Virus record (IMG/VR): IMGVR_UViG_3300032320_001622
Location: 1,195 to 65,194 of that record
Length of the DNA stretch: 64,000 bases
Direction: 5' to 3' (one strand)
Origin: a virus
Part shown: positions 19,202 through 28,700 of the stretch, piece after piece
Layout of the letters: every line of letters begins with the position of its first letter
Position numbering within the stretch: position 1 is the first letter of the stretch
Made by a program: the position numbers and the translations under genes
Notes under the pieces: generated by a model
The model's input: the letters and a program-made list of their open reading frames with translations, nothing else
Told to the model about the DNA's origin: nothing
The model's database searches: none

Positions 19202-19750
19202 TTAGAGAACCTTTGAGCAGTAATCGTACATGGCGATTCCGCTTGCTGTTCCCACATTAAGTGATCTTACGCTTCCATACTGTCTAATATACACGATGTC
19301 GTCACACAAGTCAAGTAGTTCTTCGGGAATTCCTACTTGTTCTTGTCCAAAGATCATCAGCGTGTGTTCGTTCTTGGGCCACTGATAGTTGTTGATTGGT
19401 GTGGCGTTTCTTACATTATCAATACCGACGATGCGAACATACTTGTGCTCGTCCACAAGTTCACGAATAGAGTTCTTCACATCGGCAATCTCCTTGACAT
19501 GGCGAAAGTTCATATAGTTATGAGTTCCAACCGTGCCGCGGCGATCATATTGCTTCTTACCGTAGATCCAAACACTCTTTGCAAGAAATGCATTCGTGTT
19601 GCGAATCACAGTAGCAATATTGAAATCGTTGCCAAGATTGCTGCAAAGCACAGTGAAGTTGTTGCGCTTTGTGTCAAGATCAGCAAGAATGGCTTCGTGC
19701 GACCAATAGTGATATGGGTCGATGATGTTGCGAGTTTCTGCGATGATCAT
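19202..19750 (-). CDS. SpoU/TrmH-family (SPOUT) RNA methyltransferase
   Basis: N..TVIR, IFGQE..GI and RSLNVGTASGIAMY knot motifs. Confidence 0.9.
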   Translation of the reverse strand: MIIAETRNIIDPYHYWSHEAILADLDTKRNNFTVLCSNLGNDFNIATVIRNTNAFLAKSVWIYGKKQYDRRGTVGTHNYMNFRHVKEIADVKNSIRELVDEHKYVRIVGIDNVRNATPINNYQWPKNEHTLMIFGQEQVGIPEELLDLCDDIVYIRQYGSVRSLNVGTASGIAMYDYCSKVL

Positions 19751-19881
19751 TTTGATGTAAAGTAAAGAAACACAAGAAAAAGAAAAACAACACCTATTAG
19801 CATCTGAAAAGCAATCAAACCGATGATTGTCTCCAGTGTATACTTGATGTCCTGTATGGACTTTTCTAGATCTTCGTTCAT
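19747..19881 (-). CDS. small membrane protein
   Basis: 44 aa with one TM helix; likely start MNEDLEK. Confidence 0.45.
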   Translation of the reverse strand: MNEDLEKSIQDIKYTLETIIGLIAFQMLIGVVFLFLVFLYFTSK

Positions 19882-19939
19882 AAAGAAGATGATGGCGTTT
19901 CCACCATCATCTCCGTGTGCCAAGGTGAAACTGTCTATT

Positions 19940-20743
19940 TCAGAACTGGAAACCGATGCCAGCAGACACAACCACATTCAGGTCGGCCGATGGAGCATCG
20001 TATACAACTGGGAAATCCACAGATGCATTAAAAGTTGCGTTCTTGCAGAATGTCCAAGAAACTTCTGGTCCTACAAGGAAAGCAGAGTTGCTTCCAAAGT
20101 ATTGCTGCTCTGCATTCACAGAGACAACAAAATCCTTGTCTGCAACATAAGAAAGAGTGGTCACTCCACCATACACATCATCGTTCACAAATCCACCAAA
20201 AACAGGCGAATAGGTGTAGCCATCTACAAACGAATAGGTGAAATTCTGATTAAGAGCAATATTGCCCCAAGCAACACCTGCTTCGCCACCGACATACAGA
20301 ACGACATCGCTGGATGAGTATGCACCCTGAACTGGGACCTTACCACCAACGATGAAATCGAGAGTGGCAAAATCTGTCTTCAGAAAATCACACTTACTAT
20401 CAAGTAGATTGTAGGTGAGGAAGAAATCCACATCACCAATACCAGTACCAGAAACATCATTCACACCATCGTTGAGTTGCCATGCAAACTCGCGTGGATT
20501 AAATGACTTGTTCTGATCATTAAAAAGAGAAACAGAAGCACCCAACTTGATCTTCTCATCAACGGTGTAGGTGAACTTCTCTGTCACGGCAAAGATATTG
20601 CCGTCTTCGAAGTTGTAAAGAGAAACATCCGATGCGAGATCGAACTTAAATCCTTCACAACATTCCTTTGCTGGCTGAGCCTCTTGTGCTGCGGCAACTC
20701 CGCAGGAAAGAACGGCGGCCATATATGCTAAACTATACTTCAT
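19940..20743 (-). CDS. outer-membrane beta-barrel-like protein
   Basis: signal peptide; alternating amphipathic strands; C-terminal GIGFQF; GGAGG RBS before MKYSLAY. Confidence 0.7.
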   Translation of the reverse strand: MKYSLAYMAAVLSCGVAAAQEAQPAKECCEGFKFDLASDVSLYNFEDGNIFAVTEKFTYTVDEKIKLGASVSLFNDQNKSFNPREFAWQLNDGVNDVSGTGIGDVDFFLTYNLLDSKCDFLKTDFATLDFIVGGKVPVQGAYSSSDVVLYVGGEAGVAWGNIALNQNFTYSFVDGYTYSPVFGGFVNDDVYGGVTTLSYVADKDFVVSVNAEQQYFGSNSAFLVGPEVSWTFCKNATFNASVDFPVVYDAPSADLNVVVSAGIGFQF

Positions 20744-20834
20744 TTTGGATCCTCCAATAAGGGATTGATTAAAACGCTTCCTTCCTTGGCAAAAGGAAGC
20801 AGAGACTGTATCTAGGTTAGTTTTCATAAGTCAA

Positions 20835-20909
20835 TACGCCGTCTTGGATTCGAACCAAGTCTTAACCGATTATAAGTCGGTCTGAGGTAACCAAGACCTC
20901 CCACGGCGC
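20835..20909 (-). tRNA. tRNA-Ile(TAT)
   Basis: ACCGA-CTTATAA-TCGGT; A73. Confidence 0.88.
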
Positions 20910-20921
20910 GTTGTTGTATAG

Positions 20922-20949
20922 ATTATACAGCGTTTTCGCTGCTTGTCAA
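20922..20949 (-). promoter_or_regulatory. sigma70-type promoter for tRNA-Ile
   Basis: TTGACA-16 bp-TATAAT. Confidence 0.85.
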
Positions 20950-21369
20950 GTAGTTCTTGAGAATCCAACTAGAAGAGTTCATCTTATAGTCACCACCCAC
21001 TCCAAATTCAAAAGAAAGATTGGAGTCAACTACATCCATCTCAGGAATGTTCGTTGCAGTTCTATCGCCGCCGTTCGCAAAAACGATATGTGTTTCGGGA
21101 AAATATTCACGAACGACGCGAATGGCGTCCTTAGCACTACCATCATCGTCATTAAAACTAATGACCAGATCTACATGCCGAATACTTCCAACGATCTCAA
21201 ATCGTTCAGAGATTGGTAGAAAGAACTTTCCCTTCTTGCGAGTAAGCCAAGCATCGGAATTCACACCGACAACCAACATATCGCCAAGTTCTCTCGCTGC
21301 TCGCATATATGCAATATGCCCACTGTGGAGTGGATCAAAGCCACCAGTGATTAATACGGTCTTCTTCAT
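20923..21369 (-). CDS. cytidylyltransferase-like HIGH nucleotidyltransferase
   Basis: GGFDPLHSGH, VGVNSD..L.RKKG, FANGGDR and SSS motifs. Confidence 0.9.
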   Translation of the reverse strand: MKKTVLITGGFDPLHSGHIAYMRAARELGDMLVVGVNSDAWLTRKKGKFFLPISERFEIVGSIRHVDLVISFNDDDGSAKDAIRVVREYFPETHIVFANGGDRTATNIPEMDVVDSNLSFEFGVGGDYKMNSSSWILKNYLTSSENAV

Positions 21370-21620
21370 CCTTGCACCTCGTAACTGATCTTGCTTTTCT
21401 TGTTGTTGACATGGCCGTTTTCGTTCTTCAGAAGATAGTTGCTCTTCTGACGATCTTCGTCATGCCCAAGGCGATAGTTGACAACCTCAACGCCGAGTTC
21501 ACGCATCTGCTTCTCGGCGATATGATTATCAAAGCAAAACCTTATGATTTCGCTGGCCTTCTTAAGAGCATCTTCTTCACAACCATTAATCGGAATATCA
21601 ATATGAAGTCGATAAGTCAT
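21366..21620 (-). CDS. hypothetical protein
   Basis: 84 aa; GAGG RBS. Confidence 0.6.
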   Translation of the reverse strand: MTYRLHIDIPINGCEEDALKKASEIIRFCFDNHIAEKQMRELGVEVVNYRLGHDEDRQKSNYLLKNENGHVNNKKSKISYEVQG

Positions 21621-21628
21621 TCTTTACC

Positions 21629-21946
21629 TCAGTACGGCCAACGATTCTCCTGCGGAATGTAGCCTAGTTTCACAAGTTCTGTCAAAAATTCATCAATCAT
21701 GCCAATCGGTACTTCAGAAATGGGCCATTTAACTGGAGATTCTGTGTTTTCAGCATCCTCGCAAGGTTTGCAGTTTTGCGATTGCTTGCACTTCTCCATC
21801 TCTGATACGACATGATCTGCTATTCTACAGATATTCATCAGAGTTTCAAGGCTCTTTGCGGATTGGTAGTACAAATCTTTGTTTAGAAGATTCTCTTCCT
21901 TTCGGGCAAGTGTGCGGAGTTCGTAAATCATTTCTGCTACTTTCAT
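21629..21946 (-). CDS. hypothetical protein
   Basis: 105 aa; AGGAGG RBS. Confidence 0.65.
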   Translation of the reverse strand: MKVAEMIYELRTLARKEENLLNKDLYYQSAKSLETLMNICRIADHVVSEMEKCKQSQNCKPCEDAENTESPVKWPISEVPIGMIDEFLTELVKLGYIPQENRWPY

Positions 21947-21961
21947 GGCAGTCCTCCTATG

Positions 21962-22321
21962 TTAGAGGGATATAATACCCTCATCTGTAGTATATTTAAT
22001 ACTTTCGAAGGCTTCCATACACCAAGGCAGACACAATTCGCAGGGTTTTGCCATACGAAGGTTTCCGTCCCTGTTAAATCGAATGTTCAGCAGATGGAGT
22101 TTCTTTCCCTTCAACTTTTGAGGAACCTTACGATATGCATCGAATTCCGAGTGCATTTCTTCAAAAGGATAGCCAATTTTCTTGGCCTCTGGATGGGTCT
22201 TAAAACGATTACATCCAACCGAAATCAATCGGTTCTTATGAAAGATGAGAGAAAGATGCTTCTTCTGTCGCGGAATCTGCATACAGAGAGGAAACATTTT
22301 TTCGAGATATTGTTCCATCAT
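21962..22321 (-). CDS. cytidine/adenosine deaminase-fold protein
   Basis: HSE and KPCELC zinc-binding motifs. Confidence 0.75.
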   Translation of the reverse strand: MMEQYLEKMFPLCMQIPRQKKHLSLIFHKNRLISVGCNRFKTHPEAKKIGYPFEEMHSEFDAYRKVPQKLKGKKLHLLNIRFNRDGNLRMAKPCELCLPWCMEAFESIKYTTDEGIISL

Positions 22322-22327
22322 AACAAG

Positions 22328-22401
22328 CGTCCCTGGCAGGATTCGAACCTGCGACTTACTGCTTAGAAGGCAGTTACTCTATCCAACTGAGTTACAGAGA
22401 C
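22328..22401 (-). tRNA. tRNA-Arg(TCT)
   Basis: ACTGC-CTTCTAA-GCAGT. Confidence 0.95.
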
Positions 22402-22435
22402 AAAGTGATGTTGGCGGATTTCTCCGCCAAACATC

Positions 22436-22792
22436 TTAGGTTGCAAGAGTGAGTTCGGGAGCGGGAGCCTGAATACCCTGCGATGGAAGAACGAGTCCGT
22501 TTCCATACTGGGCATTATACTGGTTCACGATCTCAATTCTAGGCTCAGCCACAAACATAATCTTGTCTGTGTTGATGGTCACACCATCCTTCTCGGCGGT
22601 AGTGTACATCAGCCACGGAGCCATACCGAGTCCCTTCTCGGCAGCAACAAGAACCGCTGGATTCTTGATGTTTACCGTAGACGAACTCCACACATTCTCA
22701 CTTACCTTTCCTACGACCTGCTCGCCTGTTGCCAGCGCGACGATCATCACCTTCTCCTCCGAGTCCTTCACTTCCTTCTTTGCCTTGCTCAT
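22436..22792 (-). CDS. Sm-like domain protein of T4-like phages
   Basis: LATGEQVVGKV..IKNP..GMAPW..Y...YG pattern. Confidence 0.55.
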   Translation of the reverse strand: MSKAKKEVKDSEEKVMIVALATGEQVVGKVSENVWSSSTVNIKNPAVLVAAEKGLGMAPWLMYTTAEKDGVTINTDKIMFVAEPRIEIVNQYNAQYGNGLVLPSQGIQAPAPELTLAT

Positions 22793-22910
22793 TACGAACC
22801 TTGCCTTTCTTGGTTTTCTTACCAAAGATTTTGTCCCAGTTGTCAGACCACTTTTGATAATCAACGGGTCTGTATGAATCGCCTTTGCCGGCGCCATGAA
22901 TACCTTCCAT
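22698..22910 (-). CDS. small phage protein
   Basis: GKGDSYRPVD..KW.DNWDKIFGKK motif; AGGAG RBS. Confidence 0.55.
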   Translation of the reverse strand: MEGIHGAGKGDSYRPVDYQKWSDNWDKIFGKKTKKGKVRNEQGKEGSEGLGGEGDDRRAGNRRAGRRKGK

Positions 22911-22924
22911 ACTTTACTCCTACA

Positions 22925-22996
22925 AGCCACCTGTGAGATTCGAACTCACGACCTTCGCATTACAAATACGATACACTACCACTGTGTTAAGGTGGC
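22925..22996 (-). tRNA. tRNA-Thr(TGT)
   Basis: TCGTA-TTTGTAA-TGCGA. Confidence 0.93.
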
Positions 22997-22999
22997 GAA

Positions 23000-23070
23000 C
23001 TACCCCGCTTGGATTCGAACCAAGAAAAAGAGATCCAAAGTCTCCTGTGATACCGTTTCACCACGGGGTA
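23000..23070 (-). tRNA. tRNA-Gln(TTG)
   Basis: GGAGA-CTTTGGA-TCTCT; U1-A72; G73. Confidence 0.93.
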
Positions 23071-23127
23071 AAGGAAAATGGGGAGTATTACATCCCCACC
23101 TTCCTCAAAGTCACCGAGTTATTTATC

Positions 23128-23385
23128 TCAGCGACCACCAACCGTGTAGTTGGACGGACCAACAAGGCGAACGCGCTTAAGGCTGTAGCGAGTATCACCA
23201 TCACGGGTGCTGGAAGTCACGATACGCCAGTTTCCGTAACGCTCTACCTGCTCCTTGATGGAACTGATGGTGGCGCGGAAGTTGCGGCAACCGAACATAT
23301 CGGAAGCCTCGGAAGCGGTCAGACCGCGGCCGGTGTTGAGAAACTCGATGATCTGTGACTTCATGCTCTGAACTGTGGTTGGCAT
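23128..23385 (-). CDS. winged helix-turn-helix protein
   Basis: GLTASEASDMFGCRNFRATISSIK followed by a wing ending TRY. Confidence 0.65.
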   Translation of the reverse strand: MPTTVQSMKSQIIEFLNTGRGLTASEASDMFGCRNFRATISSIKEQVERYGNWRIVTSSTRDGDTRYSLKRVRLVGPSNYTVGGR

Positions 23386-23472
23386 ATTACCAATTCCTCT
23401 TACATTTTGCGACTCTTAGAAGATACAAGAACAAACCGAGCCGCGTGGTCTAGAACTTGTTGTTTGAATCCA

Positions 23473-23829
23473 TTATAACAGACCAAAACTTTTAATCAAG
23501 GCAGTATTGGAATGTTCTATCTGATGACAATTTGCACATAAAAGTTCACATTTTTTTATTTCTTCCCAACGATCACTAGTCAATAGTTTATTACCATTAA
23601 CTTCGTGCGATTTTTTGTCGGGATCTGTGTGATGAAAATGAAATACGCCTGGATGTCCTACGAACCCACAACGATTACATTTTCCTCCTAGTGCTTCTAC
23701 TAACTCAATCTTCGATTTCCATCTTCTTTTAGACACTGCACAAGAACCGCAAATAGTTCTGTTTGAGTTTTTTGTGCTTCTAGATGGATGTGGTTTAAAT
23801 TCTTTTTTACAGTGTTTGCATATGCACAT
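23473..23829 (-). CDS. HNH endonuclease with zinc fingers (possibly homing)
   Basis: CxxC pairs, GGKCNRCG, FHH and LLCANCH motifs; AT-rich; lies among tRNA genes. Confidence 0.85.
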   Translation of the reverse strand: MCICKHCKKEFKPHPSRSTKNSNRTICGSCAVSKRRWKSKIELVEALGGKCNRCGFVGHPGVFHFHHTDPDKKSHEVNGNKLLTSDRWEEIKKCELLCANCHQIEHSNTALIKSFGLL

Positions 23830-23863
23830 ATTAGCACCCTCCGCTAATATGTAGCATTTAGAA

Positions 23864-23935
23864 TGCCTCGGGTGGGTACTGCCCCCACATTCTTCACCTT
23901 AAAAGGGTGCTGCATTACTAGTCTGCCACCGAGGC
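23864..23935 (-). tRNA. tRNA-Lys(TTT) with atypical D and T loops
   Basis: acceptor GCCTCGG/CCGAGGC; GCACC-CTTTTAA-GGTGA; T arm GTGGG-GGCAGTA-CCCAC. Confidence 0.85.
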
Positions 23936-23946
23936 GAGAAGACAAC

Positions 23947-23975
23947 ATTATACACGGTAGTAGTCCTGTTGTCAA
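23947..23975 (-). promoter_or_regulatory. sigma70-type promoter for tRNA-Lys
   Basis: TTGACA-17 bp-TATAAT. Confidence 0.85.
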
Positions 23976-24165
23976 CGGTTTTTAGGAGATCCGTAAACTC
24001 GCAAACGGTTTTTGTTCGACGCGAAAGAGACCGTAAACTTTCCGCGTCGTGACGAGTTCAAAGCACTCGACTGGCTCTTTAAGACCTTCTCAATCTCAGC
24101 AATAGGTCTAGGGTTGCCGGCGTTCCGGCGTGGCCCGATGGTTTGTCTCCGCAAGAAGACAAACC
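23976..24165. ncRNA. candidate multi-hairpin ncRNA
   Basis: five consecutive stems in a gap with no convincing ORF, downstream of the promoter at 24245-24272. Confidence 0.4.
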
Positions 24166-24244
24166 CAAATATAAAATAATTCTAATATATCTCAACCAAC
24201 GAGTTTAAATACTATGCATGGGAAACCTCCGCGTTCGTCCTTAT

Positions 24245-24272
24245 AGTATATCGTGTTTTGTAGGGAAGTCAA
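24245..24272 (-). promoter_or_regulatory. sigma70-type promoter
   Basis: TTGACT-16 bp-TATACT. Confidence 0.7.
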
Positions 24273-24279
24273 ACGACTG

Positions 24280-24543
24280 TCAGAGATTTTCGTCAGAAAG
24301 TTCTGGCCACAAACTCAACTGGGATGGTTCGTGCTTCACCGTTTCATATGAAGAAATAACGGCGTCTAGCAAGTCCCGTATGGCCTTGATCTCGCCGATG
24401 CTATAACAATCGGCAAGTTCTGGCGTGTCAAAGTTGAAGAAACAATATCCTGTTCCTCCTAACCACGGCTCCTGTACTAGTTCGATTCGGGGTTTCACTG
24501 GTAGATCATTAAAGAAGTCGGATGTATAGATGGTCTTTTTCAT
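24280..24543 (-). CDS. hypothetical protein
   Basis: 87 aa directly after a promoter. Confidence 0.6.
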   Translation of the reverse strand: MKKTIYTSDFFNDLPVKPRIELVQEPWLGGTGYCFFNFDTPELADCYSIGEIKAIRDLLDAVISSYETVKHEPSQLSLWPELSDENL

Positions 24544-24564
24544 AGTTTATACCTGACACAGAGG

Positions 24565-24592
24565 ATTATACAATCGCTTTTCTACAAGTCAA
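24565..24592 (-). promoter_or_regulatory. sigma70-type promoter
   Basis: TTGACT-16 bp-TATAAT. Confidence 0.8.
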
Positions 24593-25077
24593 GCCTTCTC
24601 GTCTGGGTTTTCCGCAGGCTCTTCTTCCTGTCCACCTGTGATCTGTTGCATCAACTCCATTACTTGATCTTCTTCCATACCCTGAGAGATCAAATACTGA
24701 GCGACTTCTTCTGGCTTCATTCCCTGTGCCATCAACTCCTGCGCCATCTGAACTGGATCTTGCATGGCACGAATGGTTTCTTCAGGTGATTGTGTACCAT
24801 CATTCATCATAGAAGGATCTTGCATCTCTTCTGGTGGTAGTTCCTCTGGATCTTGTTTGCCTACGACCGAGGATCTCTTCATCTTGACGACAGAATGATA
24901 TTTACCCTTCTTACCTATATTCTTCTTCTTAAGAGCCTCAACTTCCTTGGCTTGTTTGCCCAGTTGGAAGTTTGTCTGTGGAAACAGTTTTGCCAGTCTC
25001 GATTCCGATTCCGACACCTCTACTATCATTTTTACCTGTTCGTAGAGTTCCAAGTATCTTTGCTCTTTTGGTTTCAT
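24589..25077 (-). CDS. hypothetical protein with Q/E/M-rich C-terminus
   Basis: 162 aa; repeated QGMxxEEV helices. Confidence 0.6.
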   Translation of the reverse strand: MKPKEQRYLELYEQVKMIVEVSESESRLAKLFPQTNFQLGKQAKEVEALKKKNIGKKGKYHSVVKMKRSSVVGKQDPEELPPEEMQDPSMMNDGTQSPEETIRAMQDPVQMAQELMAQGMKPEEVAQYLISQGMEEDQVMELMQQITGGQEEEPAENPDEKA

Positions 25078-25179
25078 TTAGTTTACCTTTTTGTTGTCTG
25101 AAAGTGTATGCCAACAAGATGTCCGCCATCTCACCGTGTTTCTTTACAAACTCCTGATATTCCTTGGTGTGCTTCATAT

Positions 25180-25560
25180 TTATAGCGATGCTCTGGTTAT
25201 TCCCAGTATCTTCTGTAACTGTAGATCGCACTGTGCTTGTCTTTGCATTCCAGGCCAGTAGATATAATCCTTGTCCTTGTTCTTCTTGAGATTGAGTAAC
25301 AAAGGTATTATGTTCTTCTCTATCTCCTCCATACGCGCTTTAACCAACTGATCGTATTGAGCCTTGACGGCGACAGCGCCTTCGCAAGTAGAGTTCATTT
25401 CCAATATCAGATCCAGTTTTTCCTTGATGGTGTTTATCTCTGGATTTGCTTGAGGAACAACAATAGAGGAGAGTTCGTCTTGATTTACAGCACTAAAGCC
25501 AAAATCGTCACTCTCCAACCCGTATTTCTGAAAGATGTCGTCTGGTATGCCTGGAACCAT
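25180..25560 (-). CDS. conserved-looking T4-like hypothetical protein
   Basis: DFGFSAV and PLLLNLKKN.DK.YIYWP motifs; CTAAATA upstream. Confidence 0.65.
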   Translation of the reverse strand: MVPGIPDDIFQKYGLESDDFGFSAVNQDELSSIVVPQANPEINTIKEKLDLILEMNSTCEGAVAVKAQYDQLVKARMEEIEKNIIPLLLNLKKNKDKDYIYWPGMQRQAQCDLQLQKILGITRASL

Positions 25561-25584
25561 AATAATCTCCTTTATTGTATTTAG

Positions 25585-25608
25585 AAAAAACCCCCGCTTG
25601 CGCGGGGG
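25585..25608 (-). terminator. intrinsic terminator
   Basis: CCCCCGC-GCAA-GCGGGGG followed by TTTTTT. Confidence 0.8.
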
Positions 25609-25634
25609 CCGAGTTGCACTAAAGGACGGGGAAC

Positions 25635-25772
25635 TTAGCGCGAACTCTTGTTTTTATTGTCTAAATCACGCTTTCTGTTGGCTTCCTTCATACGAATAAG
25701 TTCTTTCTTCTTTCGCATATTTGGTTGCTGTATGCCACCGACACCCTTGCCTTGATTTGTATTTCTGCCCAT
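25635..25772 (-). CDS. small basic protein (45 aa)
   Basis: MGRNTNQGKG..; AGGAG RBS; below the ORF-track size cutoff. Confidence 0.5.
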   Translation of the reverse strand: MGRNTNQGKGVGGIQQPNMRKKKELIRMKEANRKRDLDNKNKSSR

Positions 25773-25786
25773 AATAAACTCCTTTG

Positions 25787-28700
25787 TTACCAATCACCTA
25801 ACTCAATCACGCTTCTCGTTAATACATCCGTAGATGATCCATAAACAGGATTGGTACAATCACCTGCGGTCGGAGGACAGAAGGAACTGCAATAGCCAGA
25901 AATAAATGTAATGAATCTACTAAAACTAGATCGCCTTACATTAGTATCCCAGTAATCCTTTCCTGCCTGTGTCCAGAAACCAAGAGAAGCATTTCCTGCT
26001 CCATATGTAGTTGGGTTCTGCAAGAACACCGTGGGATTGAACAAAGATCTTACTTCTATGACCGAGTTAGGTATTCTCCAGTAATTGGTCAAAGGATCGG
26101 TGCCTTGACCGTTATATACTGGATGGAACCATACTGATCCCATATATCTATTGAAATTGAAGGAAATTATATTTTCAAAATCAAATACAACACCATTCAC
26201 AGAATTGTATTTTCTGTAATGATCACACAATCTATAAAATTCAAACATAGAACCACTTGGAGTCAAAACACCTATGGCTGAATAACCATCTGCTTCTATG
26301 AGAGTTCTAGTTTGACCTTCGTATCTGTATGTAAGTTGTACCTGATATGGATCTATAGTGAAACCGATAACAGTGCTTGGTAGTGGATAAAAAGGATCAT
26401 ACAATCTCATCGTAAGAGGAGTTTCTTGATTCGTAATGTGATTTGTAAAATTTGGATTTCCACTATCAGGATTGGAGTACCACAACCAGTATTCTCCACA
26501 AACCATAGGATTCGTTCTCCATTCGTTTATGGATTCCGTACCTACTGTTCCTCCTTGCGGAGATTGTGTCAAAGTTCTCTGTCCTCTTGCTTCGAAGAAA
26601 TGAACGATGCCGTTATTCTTCAGCCTGTTCATAATATACCAATCACCCAATTCTAAGGCATCTGTTTTATAAGCAGTAGATGAACGATATAGATGTAGTG
26701 TCTGTGGTGTAGCACAAGCAACAGCAGATCCTACGCTTATATAAAGTTTTCCGCTATTGGGTGTTCTGCCCTTTGCTTCTATCAAATCGTCTATGATTTC
26801 ATCAAGTTGTTTGTAATAGTTGATGTCTCTTTCTTCGTTTGTAGAACCTAAAGATTGCCAATAAGCATTTGTATAGTTTCTAAGTTTGGATACGCCTCTA
26901 GTCGATGTCATGTAGAAATGTACATTACAGGGTTCCGTTATTGCATCTTTACCAACTGGAGTCATATTACCTTCCAGCAAGGCTCTGACTGCATATTTAA
27001 ATCCTTTCCATCTAGCAGGAGCGGTTTTGTTGTTGCCAGTATAAGTTGCGTATATTTGTTTCCACTGCTGCGGCTTCCAGAAAGGTTGCTCTTCTTCTGC
27101 TCCCCAAGGTCCATAGAACGAAAACGCTCTACTGCCCCATTTATAGATGTCTATTGTCGTTTCGTATATAATGTTGTGCCAAGGACTGGAGTTTTCTGGT
27201 CTTGCTGGATCTCCTTCCCACGCATATGCTCTAGTACCAGATGGGTATGGGTTTCCTTGATAAGCCGAGATAGCAATACTTGTCCAGGCATTCCAAGTTA
27301 TATCACCACCAGCACTTCCGATGCCTATCTCGGCAAACATTCTTTTATTGTCTTCGGCTGGAACTTCATAAGAAACAACACTCGGAACATAATCTGGTTT
27401 TCCTGCAACGCTTCTCTCTATCCATACACCTCTAGAACCAGATGGTATGTTTATTGTTTGTGGAAGATCCGTCTGAGATGGATCGTTTAGTGTATAGTTG
27501 CTATATTGTGGTGGTGCAGTCAATCTCCATATCCACTTGTTTAGAGAAGGGATATATCCACCGCTTATCAAGTAACTTTCGGCAGCATCTTTTAGATTTA
27601 TTCTTTCTACAGAAGTTCCAGTGCTACCTGTACTGTTCGAAGCAGGAATTGCATGGTTGTTTCCACTTATGGTTTTCCATGTATCCAGCACTGTCTGAAC
27701 TGTTTGCATTTCTTGTGCAGTATGGATTTCAGTAAATATATTGAAGAATTTTGCTCCATGTAGACAGAGATGATACATCATTTCGTACCAGTAACTCGAA
27801 TCCTCGTTGTATCTACTTGCGTTAAAAGTATTGCCTGGTGTTGATACTATTGGAAAGAAATTATTGTATGATGTAGAATCTGTTCTGAGCATCGCTCTTG
27901 CTTTTTGTACATCCTGAATGAATGACATATGTGCTCGACTAAAGAACGATGATACACCATCACCCAGTGCAGAAAACGCAAATCTCTGATCGTCTGTGGT
28001 TGGGTTCGTATGATATCCGTAAGAATAGTACAGATTATTCTGACCATAGAAATGTAAACTAGCACCATAGTTGCTTATAGTATCTTTTGGCATATAATGC
28101 CCATTCATATCAACAGCATACTTGCTTTCCGTTACGGAGATAGGTGCAAGTTCGCTCTGAAACACTTTAACCGTACTTAGTGATTTTTCAGACAACGCAT
28201 TTATGATTGCGTCTTTGCGAAGTGTTCCGAAGTTGTATGTGTAGAGAGCAGCGTCGAATGCATAATATGCCTTTCGAATATCATCTGACTGCCCCCAAGG
28301 AGGATTAAAATCCTGTCTTGTGGTTACTGTTGTGTAGTAACTAAGTATCTGTGATGCAGTTCTTGTATCGGATTGATTACCTATCAGATCCCTGAACTTC
28401 TGCACAACTTCCTGTGAAAAGGTTCTACCGTTTTGATTTGTTACACTTGTGAAACGAGCATCACTTACTATTGATACTGTTCTTCTTGGATCGGGAATAG
28501 ATTGCCAAGTTTCATAGTTGTTGGGTAAACCATTTACATCAAATGTACTTTCATATGTGTTATAGTTGCTACCTAGTGCAAAAGTAGTATAACCCTCAGT
28601 ATCATCCCAGAAATAATCAAACAACACATTATCGCTCTTGCATCTGTCCAAAAACAACTTAAATGATGTCTTTGTATCTGCGTTTGATTGTGTCCCCCAC

